64,000 nt of DNA from Gammaproteobacteria bacterium (GTDB taxonomy: Bacteria; Pseudomonadota; Gammaproteobacteria; UBA4575): NCBI GenBank assembly GCA_026706595.1, contig JAPOYL010000007.1, positions 24,265 to 88,264 of the forward strand. Reading direction: 5' to 3'. Of this stretch, positions 55,415 through 64,000 are shown piece after piece; the stretch's first letter is position 1, and every line of letters starts with the position of its first letter. The position numbers and the translations under genes are program-made. The notes beneath the pieces were generated by a model. That model was not told the DNA's origin and searched no databases. It was given only the letters and a program-made list of their open reading frames with translations.

Positions 55415-58153
55415 ATGAAGGACGGCAAAGGTGAGAAAAAAGGGCAGGCGATCGAGCAGCAGACCGCTTCCCTGACAGACGTATTCGACGCCATGGGACG
55501 GGGCGTTACGGTGGTGAGCGGGAACAAGCGCCTGGCTGCTGTCACGCTTCGTGCGTTCGAACAGGCGGCGATGGAGCGTGGACTTGAAGCCTGGCCGACC
55601 CCGCAAATCTGGCACTGGCCGGTCTGGCTGAACAATGTCTGGGAGGAGGCTGTTGTTTCGGGCAGCGTACCGACCCCGGCGTTCCTGTTGACCCCCCAGC
55701 AGGAGCGGCGCATTTGGGAAGATATCGTGACCGAGAGCCTGGCCGGGCAACCCCTGCAACAGGTGCCCGGCGTGGTGCGTGGGGTGCAGGAAGCCTGGCA
55801 ACTGGTCCAGTCCTGGCACATTTCACTGACCCGGGATGGGTTTCGATACAACCGAGACAGCTTCGCGTTCTTTCAATGGGCCTCACAATTCAATACCCGC
55901 TGCAGGGAGCGGGGCTGGCTGTCGAGCACATGCCTTGCCGAAAGGCTGCAACAGTGCTGGCAGGCGGGGGCAATGGCGGCCCCGGAAGAGCTTTTCCTGA
56001 TCGGTTTCGATGAGCTGGCCCCCCGTCAGCATTTGCTGTTGTGTGCGCTGGTCGAGGCTGGTTGCACAGTCCGCTGGATCCGGCTTGAGGACAAGGACGC
56101 CCGTGCCGTGCGCACGGTTTTCCCGGATGCACGCCGGGAAGCGGCCGGCATGGCCTGCTGGGTGCGTGACCGACTGGAGAAGAACCCGGTGGCCAGGATC
56201 GGGGTGATCGTTCCCGAATTTGCGACACACCGCGAATTCGTAGCCCAGGCCCTCGATGACATGCTGGTCCCGCAGGCCATCCGCCCGGGCCATCAGTCCG
56301 CAGAACGGCCCTACAACCTTTCGCTTGGCCTGCCATTGAGTGCATACCCGATCGTGCGCACCGCCCTGATGCTCCTCGGCCTGTTAAACAAAGCTGTAAG
56401 CTTGGAGACAGCAGGCCACCTGCTTCGCTCGCCGTTTATCTTTGGGTGGCAGGAAGAAGCCGGCCCCCGTGCATTACTGGATGTGCAGATCCGGGAGGCG
56501 GGGGAGCTGGAAGTATCCCTGGGTACACTGCGTTACCGGGCATCACAGGCCGATCGGCCGTGGTCCTGCCCCTTGCTCGCAGAGAACCTGGGTCGCTGGG
56601 TCAGGGCCATGTCGGACGTTCGCGACACCGCCCGTCCCGGGCAATGGTCGGAGCGGTTTGCAGAGGGACTGGAAGCCATTGGCTGGGCCAAGGGACGTCC
56701 CCTGTCCAGCGAGGAGTACCAGAGCGCACAGGCCTGGCGGGAATTGCTGGTCGGCTTTGCCACCCTGGAGCCCGTCACCGGTGCGATGCGCCTGTCCGCA
56801 GCCCTGGCACAGCTGGGTGCCATGGCGCGGGAACGCCTGTTCCAGCCGCAAACTGAGGTGGCCCCGGTACAGGTGCTGGAGCTGTATCAGGCGAGCTGGT
56901 TTCAGTTTGACCACCTGTGGATCATGGGCCTGCACGACGGAGTCTGGCCGCCTGCACTTCACCCGAATCCGTTCATCCCCCTGCCGATGCAGCGTGCAGA
57001 GCAAATGCCGCGAGCCTGTGAAGCGTATGAACTGCAAGCGGCGCGCACCGTGACCCAGCGGTTGCTGGCCTGTGCCAACGAGGTGGTGGTCAGTTGTGCC
57101 CAGCAAAGTGGCGATGAAATCCTGCGTCCGAGCCCCTTGGTGACCCACCTGCCGGTGAGCGATTTCGGGGCACTGGTCAAACCGGAACGGGCGCTTTGGC
57201 GCGACATGGTCCATGAGGGTGGCGAGCTCAACATGCTGGAAAATGATCCGGCACCTGCGCTTGGCGATGAACAGGCGAGGGGAGGGAGTGCCGTCTTCAA
57301 GCTCCAGGCGGCATGCCCCTTTCGTGCCTTCGCCGAGCTTCGTCTCGGCGCACGACCCATTCGCCAGGCGGAAATCGGTCCAGATGCCATGGTGCGCGGA
57401 TCGTTGATGCATCGCGTCCTTGAAAAGGTCTGGAGTGTGCTGGATTCCAGCGAGCGACTCGCAGCCACAAACACCGAGCAGCTGCAAACCCTGGTCGGGG
57501 AGCAGGTGCTTGAGGCACTCGCTGAGGTGTCCCGCCGGTATCCGCGCACCTTCACGAAGCGGTTTTGCAAGATGGAAGCGGAACGCCTGCGCGCACAAGT
57601 GCTGGAATGGCTGGAACGGGAGAAAGATCGCGAGCCTTTCCAGGTGATCGAACGCGAGGAGAGCCATGAAATAACGGTCGGCAGACTCGGGGTGCGCCTG
57701 CGGATCGACCGTATCGATGAACTCAAGGATGGCCGCCGGGTGGTGATCGACTACAAGACCGGCCATGTCTCGGCCAGCCAGTGGTTCGGGGATCGGCCCG
57801 ATGAGCCGCAATTGCCGCTCTACAGCCTGGCTGTCAGCGGCGATGTGGCAGGCCTCCTGTTTGCACAGGTCCGTACCGGCGCGATGGCCTTTAAGGGCGT
57901 AGTCGAGAATGAAGACATGATTGGCGGCGTGCGGGCCTGGAACCGGCTGCGGCAGACACGTGATTCAGGCTCCTGGTTTGAGGTCCTGTACAGTTGGCGT
58001 GTCGCCATGGAGGCATTGGGTGAGGCTTTTTGTGATGGTGAGGCCTCCGTGGATCCAAAACAGTACCCGCACACTTGCAGGTACTGCGAACTGGGACCCT
58101 TGTGCCGCATCGATGAATCCATGGCCAGGCAGGCGGAGTCCGGGGTTGGCTAG
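55415..58153 (+). CDS. addB: AddB-type (alpha/proteobacterial two-gene type) DSB-repair nuclease subunit: PD-(D/E)xK nuclease with C-terminal Fe-S cysteines
   Basis: It is 912 aa. Its C-terminal nuclease motif RLRIDRIDEL...VVIDYKTG is followed by C-x2-C-x5-C (CRYCELGPLC), and it lies immediately upstream of a UvrD-type helicase-nuclease. Confidence 0.8.
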   Translation: MKDGKGEKKGQAIEQQTASLTDVFDAMGRGVTVVSGNKRLAAVTLRAFEQAAMERGLEAWPTPQIWHWPVWLNNVWEEAVVSGSVPTPAFLLTPQQERRIWEDIVTESLAGQPLQQVPGVVRGVQEAWQLVQSWHISLTRDGFRYNRDSFAFFQWASQFNTRCRERGWLSSTCLAERLQQCWQAGAMAAPEELFLIGFDELAPRQHLLLCALVEAGCTVRWIRLEDKDARAVRTVFPDARREAAGMACWVRDRLEKNPVARIGVIVPEFATHREFVAQALDDMLVPQAIRPGHQSAERPYNLSLGLPLSAYPIVRTALMLLGLLNKAVSLETAGHLLRSPFIFGWQEEAGPRALLDVQIREAGELEVSLGTLRYRASQADRPWSCPLLAENLGRWVRAMSDVRDTARPGQWSERFAEGLEAIGWAKGRPLSSEEYQSAQAWRELLVGFATLEPVTGAMRLSAALAQLGAMARERLFQPQTEVAPVQVLELYQASWFQFDHLWIMGLHDGVWPPALHPNPFIPLPMQRAEQMPRACEAYELQAARTVTQRLLACANEVVVSCAQQSGDEILRPSPLVTHLPVSDFGALVKPERALWRDMVHEGGELNMLENDPAPALGDEQARGGSAVFKLQAACPFRAFAELRLGARPIRQAEIGPDAMVRGSLMHRVLEKVWSVLDSSERLAATNTEQLQTLVGEQVLEALAEVSRRYPRTFTKRFCKMEAERLRAQVLEWLEREKDREPFQVIEREESHEITVGRLGVRLRIDRIDELKDGRRVVIDYKTGHVSASQWFGDRPDEPQLPLYSLAVSGDVAGLLFAQVRTGAMAFKGVVENEDMIGGVRAWNRLRQTRDSGSWFEVLYSWRVAMEALGEAFCDGEASVDPKQYPHTCRYCELGPLCRIDESMARQAESGVG

Positions 58154-58169
58154 CAAGGTCGCATCGGCG

Positions 58170-61100
58170 GTGGGACGCATTGCCGATCACAGGGCGCGTG
58201 CGCGTGCGCTGGATTCACGCCGGTCATTCATTGTGCAGGCCCCGGCAGGTTCGGGGAAGACCGAATTGCTCATGCAGCGCTTCCTTGTACTCCTTGCCAC
58301 TGTGGAGTCCCCGGAAGAGATTGTTGCCATCACTTTTACGCGCAAGGCGTCTGCCGAGATGCGCCAGCGCATCCTGCAGGCCCTGGAGTCGGCCCGTACC
58401 GATGAGGCACCCGAGGGTGAGCATGAGCACCACATCTGGACCCTGGCCCGCAAGGCACTCGAGCGTGATGCGGAATGCGACTGGCAATTGCTGGATCATC
58501 CGGCGCGCCTTCGGATACAGACCATCGATTCACTTTGTGCGGCACTGGCGCGCCAGATGCCCATGCTGTCGCAATTCGGTGCAGTGCCGGAGATCGCCGA
58601 GGATGCACAGCCGCTGTATCTAGAAGCCGCCAGAAATACCCTGTTTGACCTGGAATCCGATGTGGAGTGGTCGGATTCCATCGCCGTGCTGATGCAACAC
58701 CTGGACAATCGTCTGGACCGGTTGCAGGGCCTGGTTTGCGCCATGCTTGGCGGTCGGGACCGCTGGTTGCGCCATATCGCAAGAACGGATGACCCGAAGC
58801 TGCAGCGCCGCAGGCTGGAAGCTGCCATGGCTCAGCGCATCACCATGGTGCTGGCTGAACTGGCCCGGCTCTTTCCTGCAGCCCACGGTACGGAACTGGC
58901 CCGTCTGGCACGCTTTGCCGCCTCGCACCAGCCTGCTGAGGCGAAGTCTGCCATTTCCTGCTGCAAGACCCTGCGATACCTTCCGGGGTCGCGATTGAAG
59001 CATCGAGGTTCGTGGGAGGGGATTGCGGAGCTGTTGCTGACCCAGGCGGGAGAGTGGCGCAAGTCGCTGACCAAACGCCAGGGGTTTCCGCCCAAAAGCA
59101 GCGGGCGGGGTGCCAAAGAGAAGCATGAATTTGAGGACGCCAAGGCATGTATGGAGTCCCTGCTGCACTCTCTGGATGAGCACGATGAGTTGCGTGAGAA
59201 ATTGTGTGTGCTGCGGGCCTTGCCTTCGCACCGGTATGAAGAGCGAGATTGGGAAGTTCTGCAGGCTCTGGTTCAGGTGTTGCGGGTCGCCAGTGCGCAC
59301 CTGGAGGTCGTGTTCAGCAAACGGGGGCAGGTGGATTTCACGGCCCTGGTGCTGGCTGCAATCAGGGCGCTTGGGGAACCGGAAGCTCCGACGGACCTGG
59401 CGCTGGCCCTGGATTACCGAATCCAGCACCTGCTGGTGGACGAATTCCAGGACACCTCATACAGCCAGTACGAGTTGCTGGTGCGGCTCACAGCCGGCTG
59501 GCAGCCCAATGACGGGCGCACCCTGTTTGTCGTCGGGGACCCCATGCAGTCGATTTATCGATTCCGGGAGGCCGAGGTCGGGCTTTTCCTTGCAGCCGCC
59601 AGGCATGGGATCGGCCAGGTAGTTCTGCATCCCTTGCGCCTGACCGTTAATTTCCGTTCGCAGCAGGGTATCGTGGACTGGATCAACCAGTACTTCCCGC
59701 AGGTCTTGCCTGCTCGTAACAATATCGATGAGGGGGCGGTGTCCTATGCAAAATCCGCTCCTTTTCACCCGCCAATCCATGGTCCAGCCGTGGCCCAGCA
59801 TCTGCTTGGCGAGCGACACGATGTCACGGAGGCTGGTCAGGTGCTGTCTCTGGTGAGACAAGCCCGTACAGAGTTCCCGCAGGGCAGCGTAGCTATCCTG
59901 GTACGAGCCCGCACACACCTGACGGAAATTGCCGTTCAGCTCAAGCAGGCCGGATTTCGATTTCAGGCCGTGGAGATTGAGTCACTGAATCGTCGCACGG
60001 TCATCCAGGACTTGCTGGCACTGGCACGGGCCCTGAGTCACCCGGGTGACCGAATTGCCTGGCTGGCCGTGCTTCGTGCTCCGTACTGCGGTTTGACGCT
60101 TGCGGACCTGCATGCACTGGTGCGCGACAGTGACGGCAGAACCGTGATTGATCTGCTTGGTGATGTCCAGTGCAGGGCTCGTCTGAGTGAGGAAGGCCAG
60201 ATGCGTATCGAACGGGTAGGGTCGGTGCTTGAGACCGCATTGTGCCAGCAGGCCCGCCGTTCTCTGAGGAGCAGTGTCGAAGGGGCATGGATCGCACTGG
60301 GCGGGCCGGCGTGTATGCCGGACAGGACGGGACTGGAAGATGCCGAGAGCTTTTTCCGGTTGCTCGAGACCATTGGAAAAGAAGGCGACTCCCTTGATAT
60401 CACAAGCCTTGAACAGCAGGTGGAGAAATTGTTTGCCACACCAGACGTGCTCGCGGACGTCTCCCTGCAATTAATGACGATCCACAAGGCGAAGGGACTG
60501 GAATTTGATACGGTGATCCTGCCGGGACTTTCGCGCGTCCCGTCCCAGGATGACAGCCAATTGCTGCACTGGCTGGAGTACGGTGATGAGTTCGGGCAGA
60601 AGCTCGTGCTTGCGCCGATCAGTGCGCAGGGAGAAGAGAGCGCCGCCGCTTCGTACCTGAGGCGCCTGGAAAAAATCAAACGGCGCCTGGAGGACGGGCG
60701 CCTGCTTTACGTAGCCGTGACCCGGGCGAAGCAACGGTTGCATCTTCTGGCACACATCGAGACTCGTGACGCGGAGGATGAACTGATAGAGCCTCCCCAG
60801 GATTCCTTGCTGGCCCACCTGTACCCCCATGCCATAGACCGCGACGCGCTACTCGCCAGACCCCCCGGTGTTCTTCCTTCTGCCGGGAGACCCACCTCGT
60901 CCAGACATCCCCGGGGACGCCCGCGGCTGGCAGCAGGATGGCAGCTGCCGGAGCCCCCGGCATCCCTCCGGGCCTGCAGCACCGCACCGGCGCCTACGGA
61001 TCAGGAGGATGTGATCACGTTTGACTGGGCCGGGGAGACGGCACGGTACGTGGGCACGGTCATGCATCGGCTGCTCCAGCATATTGGAGCCATGGGCCTT

Positions 61101-61571
61101 GAACGGCTTGAACAACCTGGTGATGTACGTGAGCTTGAACACATCGGCTACAGCCTCCTCAAGCAGATGGCTGTGCCTGAGGACAGGCTCGAGGCGGCAT
61201 TCTCAGATGTGTGCAAGGCACTGCAAGCCACGCTGGCAGATGAGCGTGGCAGGTGGGTCCTGAGCGGGATGCACAGCGATGCCGGGTGCGAGCTGGCATT
61301 GAGTTCCAGGATAGATGAGCGGGTCGAGCACATTGTGATTGACAGGACCTTCGTGGATGAAGAAGGTATGCGCTGGATCATTGATTACAAGGCAAGCACG
61401 CACAAGGGCGGCAGTCTGGATGAGTTCCTTGACCGGGAACAGGAACGCTATTGCGAACAGCTAGAGCGGTATGCGAACGTCATGGCCAGGATGGGGAGGC
61501 ACCCGATCCGCCTGGGTCTGTACTTTCCATTACTGAACGGCTGGCGGGAATGGACCTATGCCATGGACTGA
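58170..61571 (+). CDS. addA: AddA-type UvrD-family helicase with C-terminal PD-(D/E)xK nuclease
   Basis: It has Walker A VQAPAGSGKTE, UvrD motifs (DEFQDTS, TIHKAKGLEFDTVIL, YVAVTRAKQRL), and the terminal nuclease IVIDRTFVDEEGMRWIIDYK. The start was chosen at GTG 58170, just after the addB stop. The ORF-track start at 57921 overlaps addB. Confidence 0.8.
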   Translation: MGRIADHRARARALDSRRSFIVQAPAGSGKTELLMQRFLVLLATVESPEEIVAITFTRKASAEMRQRILQALESARTDEAPEGEHEHHIWTLARKALERDAECDWQLLDHPARLRIQTIDSLCAALARQMPMLSQFGAVPEIAEDAQPLYLEAARNTLFDLESDVEWSDSIAVLMQHLDNRLDRLQGLVCAMLGGRDRWLRHIARTDDPKLQRRRLEAAMAQRITMVLAELARLFPAAHGTELARLARFAASHQPAEAKSAISCCKTLRYLPGSRLKHRGSWEGIAELLLTQAGEWRKSLTKRQGFPPKSSGRGAKEKHEFEDAKACMESLLHSLDEHDELREKLCVLRALPSHRYEERDWEVLQALVQVLRVASAHLEVVFSKRGQVDFTALVLAAIRALGEPEAPTDLALALDYRIQHLLVDEFQDTSYSQYELLVRLTAGWQPNDGRTLFVVGDPMQSIYRFREAEVGLFLAAARHGIGQVVLHPLRLTVNFRSQQGIVDWINQYFPQVLPARNNIDEGAVSYAKSAPFHPPIHGPAVAQHLLGERHDVTEAGQVLSLVRQARTEFPQGSVAILVRARTHLTEIAVQLKQAGFRFQAVEIESLNRRTVIQDLLALARALSHPGDRIAWLAVLRAPYCGLTLADLHALVRDSDGRTVIDLLGDVQCRARLSEEGQMRIERVGSVLETALCQQARRSLRSSVEGAWIALGGPACMPDRTGLEDAESFFRLLETIGKEGDSLDITSLEQQVEKLFATPDVLADVSLQLMTIHKAKGLEFDTVILPGLSRVPSQDDSQLLHWLEYGDEFGQKLVLAPISAQGEESAAASYLRRLEKIKRRLEDGRLLYVAVTRAKQRLHLLAHIETRDAEDELIEPPQDSLLAHLYPHAIDRDALLARPPGVLPSAGRPTSSRHPRGRPRLAAGWQLPEPPASLRACSTAPAPTDQEDVITFDWAGETARYVGTVMHRLLQHIGAMGLERLEQPGDVRELEHIGYSLLKQMAVPEDRLEAAFSDVCKALQATLADERGRWVLSGMHSDAGCELALSSRIDERVEHIVIDRTFVDEEGMRWIIDYKASTHKGGSLDEFLDREQERYCEQLERYANVMARMGRHPIRLGLYFPLLNGWREWTYAMD

Positions 61572-61591
61572 AGCAGGTTACAGGTGCAGAC

Positions 61592-62311
61592 ATGATGCGA
61601 ACCATTGATGACATGAATATTGACAGGTGGAGAAACCCGGAGGGGGTTTCAGTGCCGGGCGATGAACTGCGCTTTCTGCTTGTGCCCGACCGGGTAGAGG
61701 CGGCGATCTGCTTTTACCTCGCGCAAAAGGTGCACGTTTACCAGGATCAAATGCGGGGAAAACCAGGCGAGATCAGTGTCGCCATGATGATTACCCAGGG
61801 CGGGTTGCTGCCGGGTATTTTGCTGTACGACCACGTGGTTGAGGGACGTCCTCAGGGCACTCCGAAAATCCGCTTCGGCACGCTCGGCATTTCAGGGTAT
61901 CAGGGGCCCGGGGAGCGAAGTGCAGAGATGCAGGTGCAGCAGGGAATCTCCGTGCCGGTCCGTGATCGCACCGTGCTGATCATCGATGACTTGGGCGACA
62001 GCGGCAGTACGATGAAGCTCGCCTCGGATCATGTGATGGCAAACGGTGCGAGCAGCGTCCTGACGCTGGTCCCGTACATGAAGCCGGAAGCGGTGCAGCA
62101 TTTCAGTGCAGATTTTTCCTTTGGAGAGGTGCCGCAGGACACCTGGATCATCACGCCCAGGGAGCGCATCGAAACGCTGATGAAACGGGTTCCGGTGTGG
62201 AAGCAAAGAGGGGCCTCAGAACAGGAATGCCGTCGCAGGCTGTGCGACCTGATCGGTTACAGCACCGCGGAAGTGAATTATTACCTGCCTGTGGCTTACG
62301 ACTTGGGCTGA
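61592..62311 (+). CDS. phosphoribosyltransferase, xanthine-guanine PRT (Gpt)-like core with N- and C-terminal extensions
   Basis: It has the PRPP motif VLIIDDLGDSGSTM, a QGGLLPG loop, and EVPQDTWII, which parallel E. coli Gpt. But it is 240 aa against about 152, and it lies 20 nt after addA. Confidence 0.7.
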   Translation: MMRTIDDMNIDRWRNPEGVSVPGDELRFLLVPDRVEAAICFYLAQKVHVYQDQMRGKPGEISVAMMITQGGLLPGILLYDHVVEGRPQGTPKIRFGTLGISGYQGPGERSAEMQVQQGISVPVRDRTVLIIDDLGDSGSTMKLASDHVMANGASSVLTLVPYMKPEAVQHFSADFSFGEVPQDTWIITPRERIETLMKRVPVWKQRGASEQECRRRLCDLIGYSTAEVNYYLPVAYDLG

Positions 62312-62405
62312 TCAATGGCGGGCTGGTAAAAGCCTGTAAAAGCTACAGCAGTCTCCGGTCTGTACCCGGGACATGCTGTTTCGAATCGGTTTCAGCAAGA
62401 AGGGT

Positions 62406-62873
62406 CTAGGTAAGTGCCTTGGGCAAGGCAGCCCAGGCTTGGTCAATGGGAACGACCGGCAGGCCGGCCTTGATCCATCCCGGCCCGCGGTCCGAGCCAA
62501 GCATGCCTTCCGAGACATCGACGAAGTCATCATAGCCAGCCAGGCGCAGTGCACGCATGACCGATCCCGATCGGATGCCTGTTGCACAAATCAGGGCCAG
62601 CGTGCGATTTTCTGCCAGTTCACGTGCGGTAAACAGGCGCTCGACAAATCGCCAGTGATGGACGCTGACCGGCCACGCGCCTTGTGCAACGCCAGTCTCC
62701 TTCCATTCACCCCATGATCTGATATCCAGTAGCCGGATCCGGTCTTCCAGCAGCTCTGTCTGGGCCTGCTGCACGGTCCAGATGCCGCTGCTTGGTGTTT
62801 GGGCCGCCGTTGCGGCTGACAGGGCCGGCAGGGCAGTCAGCAGTGCAAGAAACTGTCTGCGCCTGAAGTTCAT
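62406..62873 (-). CDS. periplasmic rhodanese-domain sulfurtransferase with Tat signal
   Basis: It has a twin-arginine signal FRRRQFLALLTALPALSAATA and a rhodanese active-site loop ICATGIRS. Confidence 0.75.
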   Translation of the reverse strand: MNFRRRQFLALLTALPALSAATAAQTPSSGIWTVQQAQTELLEDRIRLLDIRSWGEWKETGVAQGAWPVSVHHWRFVERLFTARELAENRTLALICATGIRSGSVMRALRLAGYDDFVDVSEGMLGSDRGPGWIKAGLPVVPIDQAWAALPKALT

Positions 62874-63179
62874 TCAGCTGCCTTTTTAGACTTTTCTGCC
62901 ATATCGTGTCCCCAAAGTGTGCACCGGTCTGGAATGTGAAGCTCTCATTAGAGTGCCACCATTGGAAGGTTAGCATGCTCAGGCAATTCCGTGAATCAGG
63001 TCATCGTTCGCAGCATGCAACAGGGACATCAGCAAAAATTGTGGTTCGTCTGCTGTGTCCTGATATAGGACCTCCGGCACACTCGAGAGCCAGTCCATCT
63101 TCAAGCATGTGTGAATGCCTGCATACAGGCAGTACAATGTGCGATCAGTTACACAATATCCTACCCAGGAGGAGTGAGC

Positions 63180-64000
63180 ATGGAGCACACTGGCGATTCA
63201 TCCACTGCAGTTATTCGATTTCACCTTCCAGCATGGACCGTCTGTGGTTTGCTGGGCCTTGCGATGATGTTGGTGCTGATTTTTGGCTCTGCTGTTCATG
63301 CTGCCAGTGGGCCCTATATCGGTATAGGCGGCGGGTTCAGCCTCATGGAAGATGCTAACGTCAGCGCTCCATATCGGGATGGAACCTATCCTCCGCTTGA
63401 TGCAACAACCAACATTGATACAGGGTACGCCGTGCGGGGGACTGCAGGCTATGCATTTGCCAGCGGTCTACGGGCAGAAGTCGACATCAGCTACCAGGAA
63501 AACGATACAACCCGAATGAATGTCAAAAGCCCCGGAGCCCTGGGGCTGGTGGCCTATGGCAAAGTCCGCGGCCTTCCTCCGGCCGAGCTTGGGGAAGAAT
63601 ATGCCGCGCTTCCTGTACAGCAACAGAGCACATACGAAGAAGCTGCCAAGGGTACCAGTCGTATCAGGGGCGACATCACGATGCTTACTGTCTGGGCCAA
63701 TGCCTTTTATGACTTTGACCTGCAGTCTGCATGGAAGCCCTATGTTGGCGGGGGACTCGGGTTTGCCAGGGTGTCTATTGATGCCAAGTCCAAAGCCACC
63801 GGCAGTTCGCTTGCCGATGATGAGGACACGGTGTTTGCGTATCAGATCGGTGCAGGTCTGGGCTATGCGTTACCCCGACCACAGGAGCGCGCACTGACTG
63901 CGACTCTGGATTGGCGTTATTTCAGCTCCGACGACCCAGCATTGAAGGGTGATGTGACGGGTACGAAGTTCCATATTGAAATCGACGGGCATTATGCAGG
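63180..64000 (+). CDS. outer-membrane beta-barrel protein (partial, runs off window end)
   Basis: It is an open frame with no stop to the window end, so it is not in the ORF track. AGGAGG lies 8 nt upstream. It has a signal-like N-terminus and alternating aromatic/Gly-rich beta-strand periodicity (YIGIGGGF, GYAFASG, YVGGGLGFA, AYQIGAGLGYA). Confidence 0.6.
   Translation, partial: MEHTGDSSTAVIRFHLPAWTVCGLLGLAMMLVLIFGSAVHAASGPYIGIGGGFSLMEDANVSAPYRDGTYPPLDATTNIDTGYAVRGTAGYAFASGLRAEVDISYQENDTTRMNVKSPGALGLVAYGKVRGLPPAELGEEYAALPVQQQSTYEEAAKGTSRIRGDITMLTVWANAFYDFDLQSAWKPYVGGGLGFARVSIDAKSKATGSSLADDEDTVFAYQIGAGLGYALPRPQERALTATLDWRYFSSDDPALKGDVTGTKFHIEIDGHYA

Noticed and set aside
57921-58169. Long N-terminal extension of the addA ORF overlapping the addB 3' end
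   Set aside because: There is no helicase-like sequence before the Walker A region. GTG 58170, immediately after the addB stop, gives a canonical N-terminus.
62906-63358. 150-aa ORF between rhodanese and the OMP gene. The frame-shifted ORF 63520-63897 was also considered.
   Set aside because: Both overlap the well-supported beta-barrel reading frame, which has a strong SD and beta-strand periodicity. They are Cys/His/Arg-rich nonsense typical of off-frame translation.

Overview
This 64-kb window is a GC-rich (about 58-60%) proteobacterial chromosome segment. Nearly all of it is conserved core genes in gammaproteobacterial-type synteny. I see no tRNA or rRNA genes, no CRISPR array and no transposase, so it is not an obvious accessory island. 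All products are inferred from sequence motifs I recognise by eye; no database search was run. Gene blocks in order: msbA(3' end)-lpxK-ycaR-kdsB. purB-hflD-mnmA-nudJ. clpS-clpA. A Calvin-cycle cluster: gph, then a divergent cbbR, then cbbL-cbbS-cbbX-fba-prk. The large subunit is red-like form IC, about 483 aa. infA. fabD-fabG-acpP-fabF-pabC-mltG-tmk-holB, running directly into sucA-sucB-lpdA. An RRM RNA-binding protein. fadI-fadJ. A class V aminotransferase divergent from bioA. An L,D-transpeptidase convergent with an Lpp-like lipoprotein. An AI-2E transporter, ppk2, a HIT protein, a small membrane protein. A TonB-dependent receptor, then tonB-exbD-exbD-exbB. A 1122-aa Fe-S nuclease / RNase-H-like / Upf1-type helicase fusion. 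bfd divergent from bfr. An AddB-AddA-type nuclease-helicase pair followed by an extended Gpt-like phosphoribosyltransferase. A Tat-signal rhodanese and a partial outer-membrane beta-barrel gene. The least conventional segment is 50.1-62.3 kb. There two separate Fe-S-containing nuclease/helicase machines flank a Fur-box-bearing bfd/bfr pair, and one of them sits between bfd and exbB-exbD-exbD-tonB on the same strand. I find no convincing complete novel multi-gene system.
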